A DNA stretch of 63,999 bases, the filler included, from Porpidia crustulata (taxonomy: Eukaryota): the NCBI GenBank assembly GCA_964255105.1. It is 10 parts of 10 records of this genome, joined end to end, with 100 filler letters (N's around TTAATTAATTAA, not from the genome) between each part and the next. Parts side by side here need not be neighbours in the genome. Positions count along the whole stretch, not along the records: positions 1 to 6,399 come from CAXUWE010001554.1; positions 6,500 to 12,891 come from CAXUWE010001555.1; 8 more parts are not named here. One strand, 5' to 3'. Made by a program: the position numbers and the translations under genes. The notes below the pieces were generated by a model, which worked only from the letters and a program-made list of their open reading frames with translations, did no database searches and had not been told where the DNA came from. Each line of letters starts with the position of its first letter. Position 1 is the stretch's first letter. This document shows, in pieces, positions 1 through 10,686 of this stretch.

Positions 1-341
1 CCACCTTGATCCGGTGGGCTGCTGGGGATGTTGGGGAAGGTCTGATCGTAACAGTAGTGAATTAGAAAGAATAGAATGACGGATCAAACGGGGATGGGAG
101 TGAGAAGGCAGGAAATACCCATGATTGTAGCGTGATTTTGGGAGTAAGGGAGGAAAGAAGGGAAAGGAAGTTTAATTTGAACTGTGAGCTCTTGATCATG
201 ATACGAGGGCTTCGGTCGGGGGTACTCTTGGGCAAGCGCGCTACGTCCATCGGATCCAGATTTGGCACACTTTTGAGACTGCTCCTCAAATACCTTACGA
301 AGATAGATACGTTGGCACAATCTGTCGTGATTAGTTTCCAT
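1..341 (-). CDS. Partial hypothetical gene running off the window/contig start
   Basis: ATG at 341 or 122; intron 118..42 (GTATTT...CTAAT...CAG); spliced read gives ...MDLPQHPQQPTGSRW up to base 1. Confidence 0.35.
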
Positions 342-740
342 GCTATCTTAATAATACCGGATCAGGGGTTCTTTAGATCACTGCAGTAGCTAGTAGATCG
401 CGCTTGACGGCAAATCTTACGGCGACCAGCAAGCACTATTTATCTATCAGAACATTAATCAAGGGTGCACGCACGTAAACTTTATTCACGATGTACCAAA
501 GTGCTACTTCATGCTACAGAGAAACGTTGGAGGTGCTCAGTCAATGTGGATATTTTGTATCTGGCGCATCTGATCACCTGTCATCATGATTAGATGCTAC
601 TAGTGACTTCCGAATCTTTCGCTCAATGTGGACAGAGCTAGGAATCACAGAATGAAGGAACATAGGTCCTATGAGGTAGGTCCGTCGATCTAAGCAATAC
701 TGAGATCCGCCATTTTCGACTCGTCTCCTGGTAGCAGACC

Positions 741-2128
741 CTAGTCACAACCCAACCGAAGATTTGATACAGCCCGGGAAGACTTGACGCCGACCAGCTT
801 CTTCCCGGCAAGGTCCTCTCGACGCCACAACTCATCCGTGATCCCGCTTCTCTTTCTGAACGTTTCTAAATCCTCCAAACCTTCCTCGACGTCGACGAAT
901 ACATGCTCTGTGTGGTTTGCATTTGCCGACAAAAGCTGCCGGCAATCGGGATCCTAGAATCGTGGTCAGAAAAGTCGGTCCGTCAGGGAGCTGATGCACT
1001 TGTTCGTAATCGCCGACGACTTCTTTTTCGAGTCCCTTGGCGTCGATAAAGCGCAGCGTAAAGCCCTGATGCTCCGACCCATAAGCTAGGTCTTTCGTCG
1101 GCATTACCGTAATTTGATCAGTGATAATGTCGCGCTCATTGAAAGTATCCCGATAGGAATCTTCGTCCAGAAGCTCGTATGACTCACTATCGAAGAATGC
1201 TGATTTTGGTAGCTAAAGGAAAGGACCCAGCCAGGTAGGCAGCGTGTAGAGTAGCCACTAGGAGACTGGGTGCCTTCCGTCTGCAGTTGCATTCTGTCCA
1301 CTCAGGGCGGACAATAATGTAATTTTGAGATTGTCGCTTTCTGCGGGTGGCCATGGGTCGTGTGAGCTCTATGCTGAGGGTCTTGAGACGAGGTGCTTCG
1401 ACATATTCTGACTTGTACGCGGGCTCGCTCTGCCCATCCGGAGCGCGACGAACGAGCCTCTCTTCTACCGTTCTTGAGCGCAACCTGAGGGTTTCTAAAC
1501 GTGACATAATACGCTAGAGAGCGCGATATGAGCTATGGAGATAGCTAAGGCGATGCTTAGCAATGTTTAATTTAAGGTTGACACACGTCACCGGAAGAGC
1601 TTTAAGAAGAACCTGTAAGTCCTCGCTCCATCTTCGCACTGACGAGCAATTTGATATGTCATCTTGCATGGCTGCTTTTATCGTGAAGGAAAAGGTTTCG
1701 AGCCGCATCATGCGCTTGAGAGCTTGCGCCAGATTTGTCAAGTTGGTTGACAGTAGCTTATCTTTCAAGCCTTCGAGCCGACTTACTACATCCGAACGAT
1801 TGAGTATCGTTTGTTCCCCACTAGCTCTGGCTCTCTCAGCTTCCGCATATTGGGCATGCTCATCCAGATGCTCTGGTACAACGTAAATTGATATCGAACG
1901 AATCAATCTAGTCTTCTCCGGAGTGCACTGTGCAATAAAAGCAGCCATGTTACAGCCATTCAGCACGACATCTGTCCATATCATTGTCTTTGCAACATCA
2001 CACCAGTAGCGACAGCATCTCAGGGAGGATGCGCAACACCCCTGCTCTTCTTAATCTGAGGAATTATACGCTCTTTTAACAATGTTTTCGAGGATCTCAA
2101 CAGGGAGATCATTGATGTTCCGTTTCAT
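741..2128 (-). pseudogene. F-box protein pseudogene
   Basis: ATG 2128 reads MKRNINDLPVEILENIVKRAY...CRYWCDVAKTMIWTDVVL (F-box pattern LPxEILxxI...CRxW). In-frame TAA at 2053-2051 and TAG at 1516-1514; ORFs 1514..1984 and 1187..1507 share the frame; further fragments 832..1104 and 741..932 are in shifted frames. Confidence 0.7.
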
Positions 2129-2983
2129 TTTTAATGACGCTCTTTGCTCACTTCACATCACGTCATTTGCTATGAATGGAAATCGAGTTGAGCAGGTACT
2201 TACCCTGCGTAACAGTTTGACGTATCTGAAATACTCGTTTATCCAGCGTAGGTTCGGGTGTAGAAGAAATGGTTTGCTAGAAACTAAACGGACGAAGCCC
2301 CGGTAGATGTAGATCGTAGCCCGCAGGATGTGGTCCGTTCTTCTCTTGAATGACTCGTCGCTTTATACTACAACACACTGTCTAGGTTCTAGCACTCTTT
2401 CCGAGGTTCCGTGGAATTATCTTCACTGGTGAAAATTTGTCATCGGATTCTGAACGTGTTGTGAATTATTAGCTTCAACTTACTATAGTCACGGCAGAAT
2501 CGGCAACTACCTATTATCAATGGGTACGGTAAAGGGCTATAGTTCATTCGGCTTAGCTGGCAATGGAGATAGGTACTGACAAGGTGACGTCCGGGGCCCA
2601 GCCAGTTCATACTTATTGGGAATGCATACCTTGGAGCTTTTTGTCTCAGTATGCTTCGGACAAAAATAGCATAGTTCAGCGGATAGAATCGGTCTGTACC
2701 TGAAGATTCAACCGACACACGGTTATCGAGAAACAGCAGGCGGTGAAATTTCCATGTCCAAAGCCTGAGCAAGCCTGAGATACTTCATTTGTAAATCAAT
2801 ATTACCATCCTCAGGTTGGCGGCCTGCCTAGCACAAAGTATTGTACATCATTCTCCTATTCCGTTCCTCCAGGGTATCGAACGCTCTCATGCCTCCAACA
2901 ACCAAGCTCCACGCTATGGTAACCCTGATGATATCGTAATTTTCCGTTCGATTCGTTTGATGTCGTAATGTTGTCCCGATCCT

Positions 2984-3773
2984 TCAAGTATCTTCCGGAA
3001 TTGTCGTAGCAAATTTTAGGGAAGATTCATTTGCCGCTGTGCCCAGGATATTCAATCTAGCGAAAGCTTCACCGACCATTTTACTTGGTGTAGTGGGTAG
3101 ATCTCCATCATTTGTAACATCTTCCTCGTCGGCCTCGCCAGCATTATCCATTTCCACATCTTGTTCTTCTCCTCTTGCTCGCTCTTCGTCATTTGCGGAA
3201 AAAACCTCGTCCGGGGTCAGCCCATAGAGAGTTTCACTCCATGATCGTCTGCTGCATCGATGATTCAGCATACGGCGACGTACACGTGGCAAAGCAAATC
3301 GAAGGTCGAAAAACCGCTGGCGGTCTTCGGGGTCGAGGACATTCAGCCTCGATAAGTAATGGTACTTCGCAAGCTTTGGGCGGGCATCGTAGAAGCAAAT
3401 ATAGTGTTCGTGGGGTCGCACACGGATCACGTCAAAGTTAGCTGGAACATTGTATTTTCGCATTGGAGGCTAGAAAGCGGTCAGCTGCTGCTTTCGGAGT
3501 ATTGAATCACTAGAATTTTGGCAAGCTCACCCAATCATCCCAAAGCCACATGCAACGACGTTCCTTATCGAGCAATTCCAAACCTAGATTTCGGATGACT
3601 ACACTATAGAGCTCGCGTGCAATAAGAGTAAGCATATGTTCGAAGGCTTTATCACGGAGCTCCGAAAGGTCGCGAATGTCGGTATAGAAGAAACGGAGCT
3701 GAACGGCTGTGTTCCATTGAGAGCTCGTTAAGCCAAGTTGAGACCTGTATTCTTGTTTCTCCTCTTCATGCAT
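2984..3773 (-). CDS. Orphan 2-exon protein (~242 aa) with acidic C-terminal tract
   Basis: Exons 3773-3531 and 3469-2984; a 61-nt phase-0 intron (GTGAGC...GCTGAC...TAG) joins the two ORFs in frame (WDDW|PPMRKY). Confidence 0.7.
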
Positions 3774-4337
3774 TTTTCAGGTGAGAAACGAATAGTAACA
3801 AGGCGAGTTGATGAGGATCCAAGGAGGTGGTTGTAGTGTTGCGAATGTCGCGAGGTGGCTTGTTTGTTTAAAATTCTTGGTTGCCGAGGCAAGCAGCATC
3901 AGCTTAGTCATCCAAATACAGGTCACCGCCGTGAGCCTCTGAGGTATAATCAAAATAGGTTCGATTCCTAATGGCGCTGGTACAATGGTGTCGTGATTTT
4001 CTTTTCTACCGCACCATGATCCTCACCACCTCATTCTGGCCTGCAATAGTCCTGGTAGTACGAGGCGAGAAATGTAAATTGTAAATATGACAATGCAACG
4101 ATTCACTGCTCACGTTGCACCTGATATAATCAGTTTGGAAAGATAAGGTACCTGAGTATGTTACTTCACTGTTTCCAGACAAAGGGCCGGTCTTTTGTAA
4201 GTACCAAACTACAGATACGCACATCAATTTTCCAAAATCCTTAAAAGCGTGTACGAGGCATGTCTGTTACAAATTCTGGATGATACCACTCGTGAAGCTA
4301 TTCTGTAAGACAGAGTGCAAAGCTCTACATCAGCCCA

Positions 4338-5711
4338 ATGACTTCCTCAGTATTTAGCGAATCATCTTCTTCGCCTCTACCTAGTGGATCCAGATGGGGA
4401 CCAAAAGAGGTTGCAAAAGTTAGGTTTGCGGATGACCCGGAGGACCATGAACTTCGCGAATTCGCTTGTAAAATCAATGATTCCGAAGAACTCAGTGAGG
4501 TGCGTAAAAGATTGGCTGAGATAGTCGCAGTTCCAGAGGAAGATCTAAAAAATAAGGATGTGACTCGTGAATTCTCGCAACACTCCCGATTTTTTGGCGA
4601 CCTCGCGGAAGTACTTGAGAAGCCTCAATCGCCGCGCACCCCCAGAAGATCATTTACCCGAAACACGAAAGACTTTGATGAATCAGACGATAATGAGTCG
4701 ACAGTTCCTGGTAGTAGCCCGCCGGTATCAGGTCTCCAGGCGCCTACTACACCGTCAACACCGTCAACCGTTGGTCCTGAAGCCAAAAAACAACGTCTGG
4801 TCTCGCCAGAAACACCTACGCCTTCACGGCTACAACCAAATCTACCTACCATAGAGGATAAATGCCGAGAAATTTCAAGTCCTACCATCGCGCGGTCTCC
4901 AGAGCCAGCACGAACCACAGCTGAGGAATATGAGCATCGCCGATCAACAGCGCAGCTCCTCAATCCGCAGTCGACACCACTCAATAGTGATTCAACGTAT
5001 GATCAGCAGTCAACACCTTCAAGCGTGGGAAGCGAGCTCCCGGCAGCAAGGTTTCAAACAAAAACTTCGGAGCAGGTGGTAAATATCATGTTCAGAAACT
5101 TCCTGCATGTCATCTGCGATGAGCATGGCAACCGCAATGGTATGGAGTTTAGAGTGAGAGAGGCGGAGAGTCTATCGATACCGACAAAGGGCGATTTTCC
5201 AGTCGCAATACCTGACTGGGCGGTCTCGGTGTCTCTGAACGGCCATAAGCATGTGAACATACTCGATTACGAGGTACGGCCTAGAAGAATAAATTTGGTA
5301 GATTGTGCTAATAATGACAGGGAAAACGCCAATCTACGAAAGAGAAATATGGCCAGACAGTTGGTGAACTGATAGGTAGAGCAAACAGCATGAGAGGCGA
5401 ACTTCGAAGTCCTTTCACGGTATAAGGACCTTCATTTCTTTCCGTCCATTCGCTGAGTTTCTATACAGCCATACCTCCTTTGCGTCCGCCATCTGGAATT
5501 TCGGATTGCAACATGCACAATCAAGGAATCGTATCTCGAAAGCCTCAGAGAGGGTACTTCGAGCACAGAAGACAAGATCCCGGTCCACCACTACGGACCA
5601 CTTAACATGCGGCATGCCGCCGACCGGATGACAATCGTACAGACCGTTTACAAGCTTATGATCCACTGCGCCGAGAGGCTGCTGCGAGACGAAAAGAAAC
5701 GAAAGCGCTAG
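4338..5711 (+). CDS. 3-exon protein (~425 aa) with C-terminal PD-(D/E)XK restriction-endonuclease-like domain
   Basis: Exons 4338-5273, 5321-5419, 5469-5711. Spliced C-terminus: SEQVVNIMFRNFL...AIPDWAV...ILDYE|GKRQSTKEKYGQTVGELIG...|PYLLCVRHLEFRIA...YGPLNM. Middle region is S/P/T-rich. Confidence 0.65.
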
Positions 5712-5762
5712 AGTGGACGTCGATAAGACCGGGTGAGACGTATGTGCTGTATATTAGATAGT

Positions 5763-5860
5763 AGACTTGATGAGAAACGTGATGGAAAGCCTGATACTAG
5801 ACATGATGAAGGACTTGATGAGGAATCCGATGAGGAGCTTTAATGAAGGAAAATAATGAG
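5763..5860 (+). repeat. Degenerate 12-bp tandem repeat (consensus RGACTTGATGAG)
   Basis: Units agacttgatgag, aaacgtgatgga, aagcctgatact, agacatgatgaa, ggacttgatgag, gaatccgatgag. Confidence 0.55.
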
Positions 5861-6218
5861 AGACTTGATTGATGAAATATTCGATGAAGAAAGAAGACTC
5901 AATAAGAGACTGAGACTCCACGAATACTTTATAAAGAAAGAAAATCCGACGAGAAAAGGATTAATCGAAAAGGAGAAAGAAGAAGATGAAGCTGTAAATA
6001 AAAAGAAAAAGAATTCGACAACGACGAGAAAAGAAAGCCAGGTAAGGTGGTCAATCTGGAAGTAAATGATGCAGATAGTTTCAGATTAATGGACACGTCA
6101 CAGCTAATCGTCTACACGATCAGGTGGTGGCTGCGATATCAAAGGCAGTGTTTTTGATCTTTTTGATCCTGTTCCGCCAAATCTTTTATTCTTCCATGTT
6201 GCACACCGCGATGTAGAG

Positions 6219-6315
6219 TACTCGTTTCAACCCCCCAACGGTCCGCACCACATAGGGTTAGGTTTATATAGACTAATCTTGTTTAGCGCGGACCGTTGGG
6301 GGGTGAGAATGAGTA
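6219..6315. mobile_element. MITE (Tc1/mariner-pogo type) flanked by TA
   Basis: Inverted arms 6217-6246 and 6288-6317 match at 26/30 nt; TA|CTCGTTTCAACCCCCCAACGGTCCGC...GCGGACCGTTGGGGGGTGAGAATGAG|TA. Confidence 0.7.
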
Positions 6316-6399
6316 CTTGATGCGACGAGAACGCATTGAAGATATAACGGTTGTCCCTTTAACAATACAAGATATAAACAGAGAGAGTAATAGACTTCA

Positions 6400-6499
6400 N
6401 NNNNNNNNNNNNNNNNNNNNNNNNNNNNNNNNNNNNNNNNNNNTTAATTAATTAANNNNNNNNNNNNNNNNNNNNNNNNNNNNNNNNNNNNNNNNNNNN
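6400..6499. other. Artificial contig linker
   Basis: 44 N + TTAATTAATTAA (stops in six frames) + 44 N. Confidence 0.99.
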
Positions 6500-6827
6500 G
6501 TTTATGGGGAGGTGAGGAGGCGGTTTTGTTTTGAGGGTCGGTAGGTGATCGAGGTCGCCGACCCGGACGAGGGACGGACGGCGACACGGCGACGCGGCGA
6601 TTCGGGGACTTAGTGTCTGTACCGGATCTTCGAACAGGGATTCAAGGGCTACAACGCGATCACACATACTTGATGGTATTGATAGTTTTGATTCCCAAAA
6701 GGCGATGATGGGTTGTGAGATCATTCAAGTCTACTCGAATTTGGACCGAATTTCCGAAATGAAAGAACTGCCAGCAGCAAAATGTAAAGACTATATGCAT
6801 ATCCCAAAAACCAGCGAAGCCCCCATC

Positions 6828-8030
6828 TCATGACCTGCTCCTCCGCACAAGCTTCGGCGTCGATGGCGGCGTCAACGCCCCACCGATACTACCCCCAGGC
6901 AGCGCATTACTCCTCCTCTCCTTCATCGCCACCTCGGTCTTCTTCTCCCGTCTCCCGAATCTCTTCTGCGCGTCAACGTAGTTCTGCAGACTCAGCATCG
7001 GCGGGATCGTTTCCTGTGGGCTTGGCGATAACGGTGACACGGGTGATCCCTCCCCGGTGGACGTCGATGTGTCAACATCGGCATCGTAGTCGAAATCCAT
7101 GATATCCTGGGTGAGCGCATCAAGGGCTTTGGCCGGATCGGAGGGTGCGTGTTCTTCCTCGAGGAAGGAGGGGGCTTGGAAATCTTTGAGGCTGATGGGG
7201 AAATCGGAAAATTCGAGGGCCGGAAGGGTATGGTTTGAAGGTGGTGTTGTGGCTGGGGAGGAGCGAGCCGAGGGCTCTTCGAAGATGGGGGAGAGGCTCG
7301 TCCAGGAGCCTGTCGAATGGAGTTTCTTCGTGTCCTTCATAAGACGCTCAAGGGCGTAGATGGAGGATTTCTGGGGGCTTGTCGTACGGGTGGGAAGAGG
7401 TATGGGATCAGCTGTCGGCGCCGCTGCGATCGTGATAGGCGCTCTCGACACACTCTCGTCACTGGAAAGAGCAGCGGCTGCGGACAGTGTTTCCAAGGAG
7501 GCATAACCGGCTACCCGGCTTCTCTTGGCTTCCAACTCGCGCTTCTTCGTAAATCGACATTCACTGGGGTAATCACAATGCTTCCCACAGTCTTTGCGGC
7601 CTTTGAAGACTAGACTATCGGTGGATTCCTCGCGCCTCCATTTGCCCCATTGGCCCCAACTTCTGTAGTCGAATTCGCTCTGGCATGATCTGTGCCTTCT
7701 GAGTCGCCCAGTCCTTCGATCGTAGGAGGTACCCCCACAGAAGTGATGTCCGTCGTTAAGACACCTTCGGGTAGTTCCAAGAGGGAAATTGGAAGAGCAA
7801 ACGTGGCAGCACCAGAGCCATGGCATAGGCTCCATTGGTTGTCTATCGATCAAGTCAACGTCACTGCTTGAATTGCTCGAGCTGAGAGACTGTGATCGAG
7901 CATTTTGTGGGACGGAGAAGCGAGGACGTGCAGCTATTGGCGATATTGGGCTTGCCGGTGAGGAAGGTCCAGAAAGGAATCGTAGATTGGAGGGCTGAAG
8001 TGGAGCGAAACGGCGAATAGGTCGAACCAT
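6828..8030 (-). CDS. Hypothetical 400-aa protein with Cys/His-rich putative zinc-binding domain
   Basis: Intronless ORF; WCCHVC...RRCLNDGHHFC...CQSEFDYRSW...CGKHCDYPSEC between low-complexity S/P regions. Confidence 0.8.
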   Translation of the reverse strand: MVRPIRRFAPLQPSNLRFLSGPSSPASPISPIAARPRFSVPQNARSQSLSSSNSSSDVDLIDRQPMEPMPWLWCCHVCSSNFPLGTTRRCLNDGHHFCGGTSYDRRTGRLRRHRSCQSEFDYRSWGQWGKWRREESTDSLVFKGRKDCGKHCDYPSECRFTKKRELEAKRSRVAGYASLETLSAAAALSSDESVSRAPITIAAAPTADPIPLPTRTTSPQKSSIYALERLMKDTKKLHSTGSWTSLSPIFEEPSARSSPATTPPSNHTLPALEFSDFPISLKDFQAPSFLEEEHAPSDPAKALDALTQDIMDFDYDADVDTSTSTGEGSPVSPLSPSPQETIPPMLSLQNYVDAQKRFGRREKKTEVAMKERRSNALPGGSIGGALTPPSTPKLVRRSRS

Positions 8031-8663
8031 GGCGGTTCGCGGAGACGGTGAGATTCTTTGGGGAAATGCTGAAGAATACTAGATATAAAACTTGCTCGAT
8101 GGAGAGAGGCAATCACAACAGGGAAAGGTAGCCTACAGCAATCAGATTGAGAAAGGGAAATTGACAATAGAAGCGCAGCTTCTGGGAGTGAAAGATAATA
8201 TGGTATGATGCAGTGAACATGGAAAGCGATTTTGGGATAGCCCTGGATATGAATGGCTTGCACATTCAAAGAACTTTGGCCGTGCCGCTGAATAATGCAC
8301 ATCTTTCAGGTGAATGAATACAAAAGCTGTCTTTGTCTACCGTTCTCTTCGACTTCAATCCACCTTATGAGAATGTTAAATTAAAGCCAGTCTTTGTTCC
8401 TCGAGAGTGAGGAAATTGCAGGGCAAATTTCTTTGTCTTCTCCTAAAGTCGTGACAACGATGGGTCTTATTTGCTCGTGTGCACGAGGGAATTATGGGGA
8501 TGACGATGGCGGCCTTGAATAATGACTCTCCATAGCAGCAACCAACGAGTCCATGACTTGGCAATGTCATACTTCGCCTAACGGCTTGACTTGTCTTGCG
8601 GAGATATTTCAGGACACTGCGACTTGGGACTTGGGACAAACGGAAAATCATCCTCGAAAAGGT

Positions 8664-10537
8664 GATAAGCCAGCTGCTGATGTGTACAAGGCTTGAAGAT
8701 CGAGTGGACGTATCATAATTATATCTAGATGGTTGATGATGCAAACGACTCCCGAGTGCAGATAAGAGGAGACAGATAAGGCGGAATTTCAATACAGCCG
8801 GATATCCAAGCCTTGTTCCCACGTAAGGTACGTACGAGGTGCCTTCCATACCTGGACATACAGGATGCAGTAGTAATATTGTCTGTCTATTGTCAACTGT
8901 AAGGTAGTGGATTGAGCACGGTCAGGATGGCTCGAGCCCTAACAGCGCAGAACGCACAGATCACCGTCTTTCCATTTGTTATACATAGCCTCGACGGGAA
9001 GGAATACCCGTAGATCGACCAAGCACTCATATCATTCACAATTCGAAATGATGTACAGACCATGCATAAGCGAGATTTCCATGTCGGTATTCGTATTCAC
9101 ATTTCATATTTCGCATGTATGATCAAGGTTAGAAAGCAAGGTACCTTAGTAGCACCTTCGTAGGTAGCCAGTCATAAGTACCTAAAGGCTAATTGTCTCG
9201 ATATGCGTTGCTTGCATGTCCGAGAGGCCCGTGGGCCTTGACAGCCAAGATAGCTAAGCTGGATAAGGATGAATTTATACGGACTACATCTATTCCCAGC
9301 GAAAGAGAATATCTGATTCATGCGACAAGTGTCTTGTCACGTTGATAGAGTATTATGAATATGAGCGAATAATCGACTTTTCGGCATCATTTTCGAATGT
9401 AGAGTATCGCGATTATGTTGACGGCCGTGGAAAAACAGAATAATTCATTTACCTCATGCCCTAAATTCACTCATTTCTGTTAGTAGTGAGACCTGATCAG
9501 TGAAATTCAAATTTGACCCTTATCTTTCTGCCCTAAGCGGTAGTCTGACAGTCTAGTGATGGTGTAATAGGGTTCAATCGGCCCAAAGATAAGGTCAGTA
9601 TTGACGAATGAGAAGGTCTCCATTGCGACCCCTGCACCGCCGGATGCTCCCCAGCTCCCCACGCTACATGGCGTCAGTGGGAAGACTAACAGAGTCAGTA
9701 AGTACCTTGGTGTATGACAGACCGAGAGAGACCGTGTGTGCATCCAGCCCGGATTCATGATCCTGGCTATTCCGACGACGGTCTGGTTGGAAACCAATCA
9801 TCATGCTTGGTACTCAGCGGAAAAGGGCCCTCGCCCAGTCCCACTTTCAAGTCGTGGAGATAAAGACAGAAATGACAATTTTGACACGGACATGTTGGGG
9901 AATTTGGGTCCAGAAGGCGGAGGACGGGTAGATGCTGTCTGTATGGCATCCAGCGCAAAAAAGGAAGATGCCATCAATCGTCATCTAGATCTCTCAATCT
10001 CACCGTCACCTGGAATACCCGTGTTGATCCTTGCGCCTTCCCGGCTTCCAGTCCTTTGGTTCCCAACTTCTCATGGGTCGTTTATCTTTCTACCGAAACG
10101 AGTATCCAATGATAGCCAATGGCCCACCGGTAATCGAAGCTTTACTAATGCTGCCACTCGACCTGACTGGCCTGCTTGGCTTGGTCTATTCTCAAGCTAA
10201 GTCGAATAAGTCAAATAAGCAAGAAGCACAATAATTGTCAAAGATCATGGCCTGCTGCCGGTACGATAAGCCTGCCCACCAATCCGAGAACCGGCGAACT
10301 GGACGGCGGCTTTGCTTAAGTACAGCAATAAAGCCTTAAAGCCAAATGCCTGTCCTTTCTTCCCCCCCGACTAGATTCCGGTTCAGCCTCGTTCACCCGT
10401 AAGAGCCTGGCCATAGGCAAATCTGCTCTGCGCCGGCGGTGGGAAAGAAAACTAAGATTTGATCGAAATTGTTTACAACATCACTTTACGTACATTGTTC
10501 CTGCGTTCACCTGCCAGCAGCGTCTGCATATCTTATC
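8664..10537. promoter_or_regulatory. Cluster of GATAAG/CTTATC (AreA/Nit2-type GATA) sites upstream of ammonium transporter
   Basis: Sites at 8664, 8761, 8775, 9262, 9519, 9588, 10265, 10532. Confidence 0.6.
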
Positions 10538-10686
10538 GCAAGCCGTCGCTGTCGGGAAGCCTGATCGACCGACTCTCGATATCACGTGTTTCTGCTTGCT
10601 TCGAGTCTGGTCATTCCGACTTCTTCTCTCCCTACTAACTCTACATCCCAACACTCCTTTGCTTGTGACATTTTCCTTCCGTCAAT

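Noticed and set aside
6444..6455. TTAATTAATTAA recurring every ~6.5 kb as a biological repeat or array
   Set aside because: Always centred in 44+44 N; it is a synthetic six-frame stop linker.
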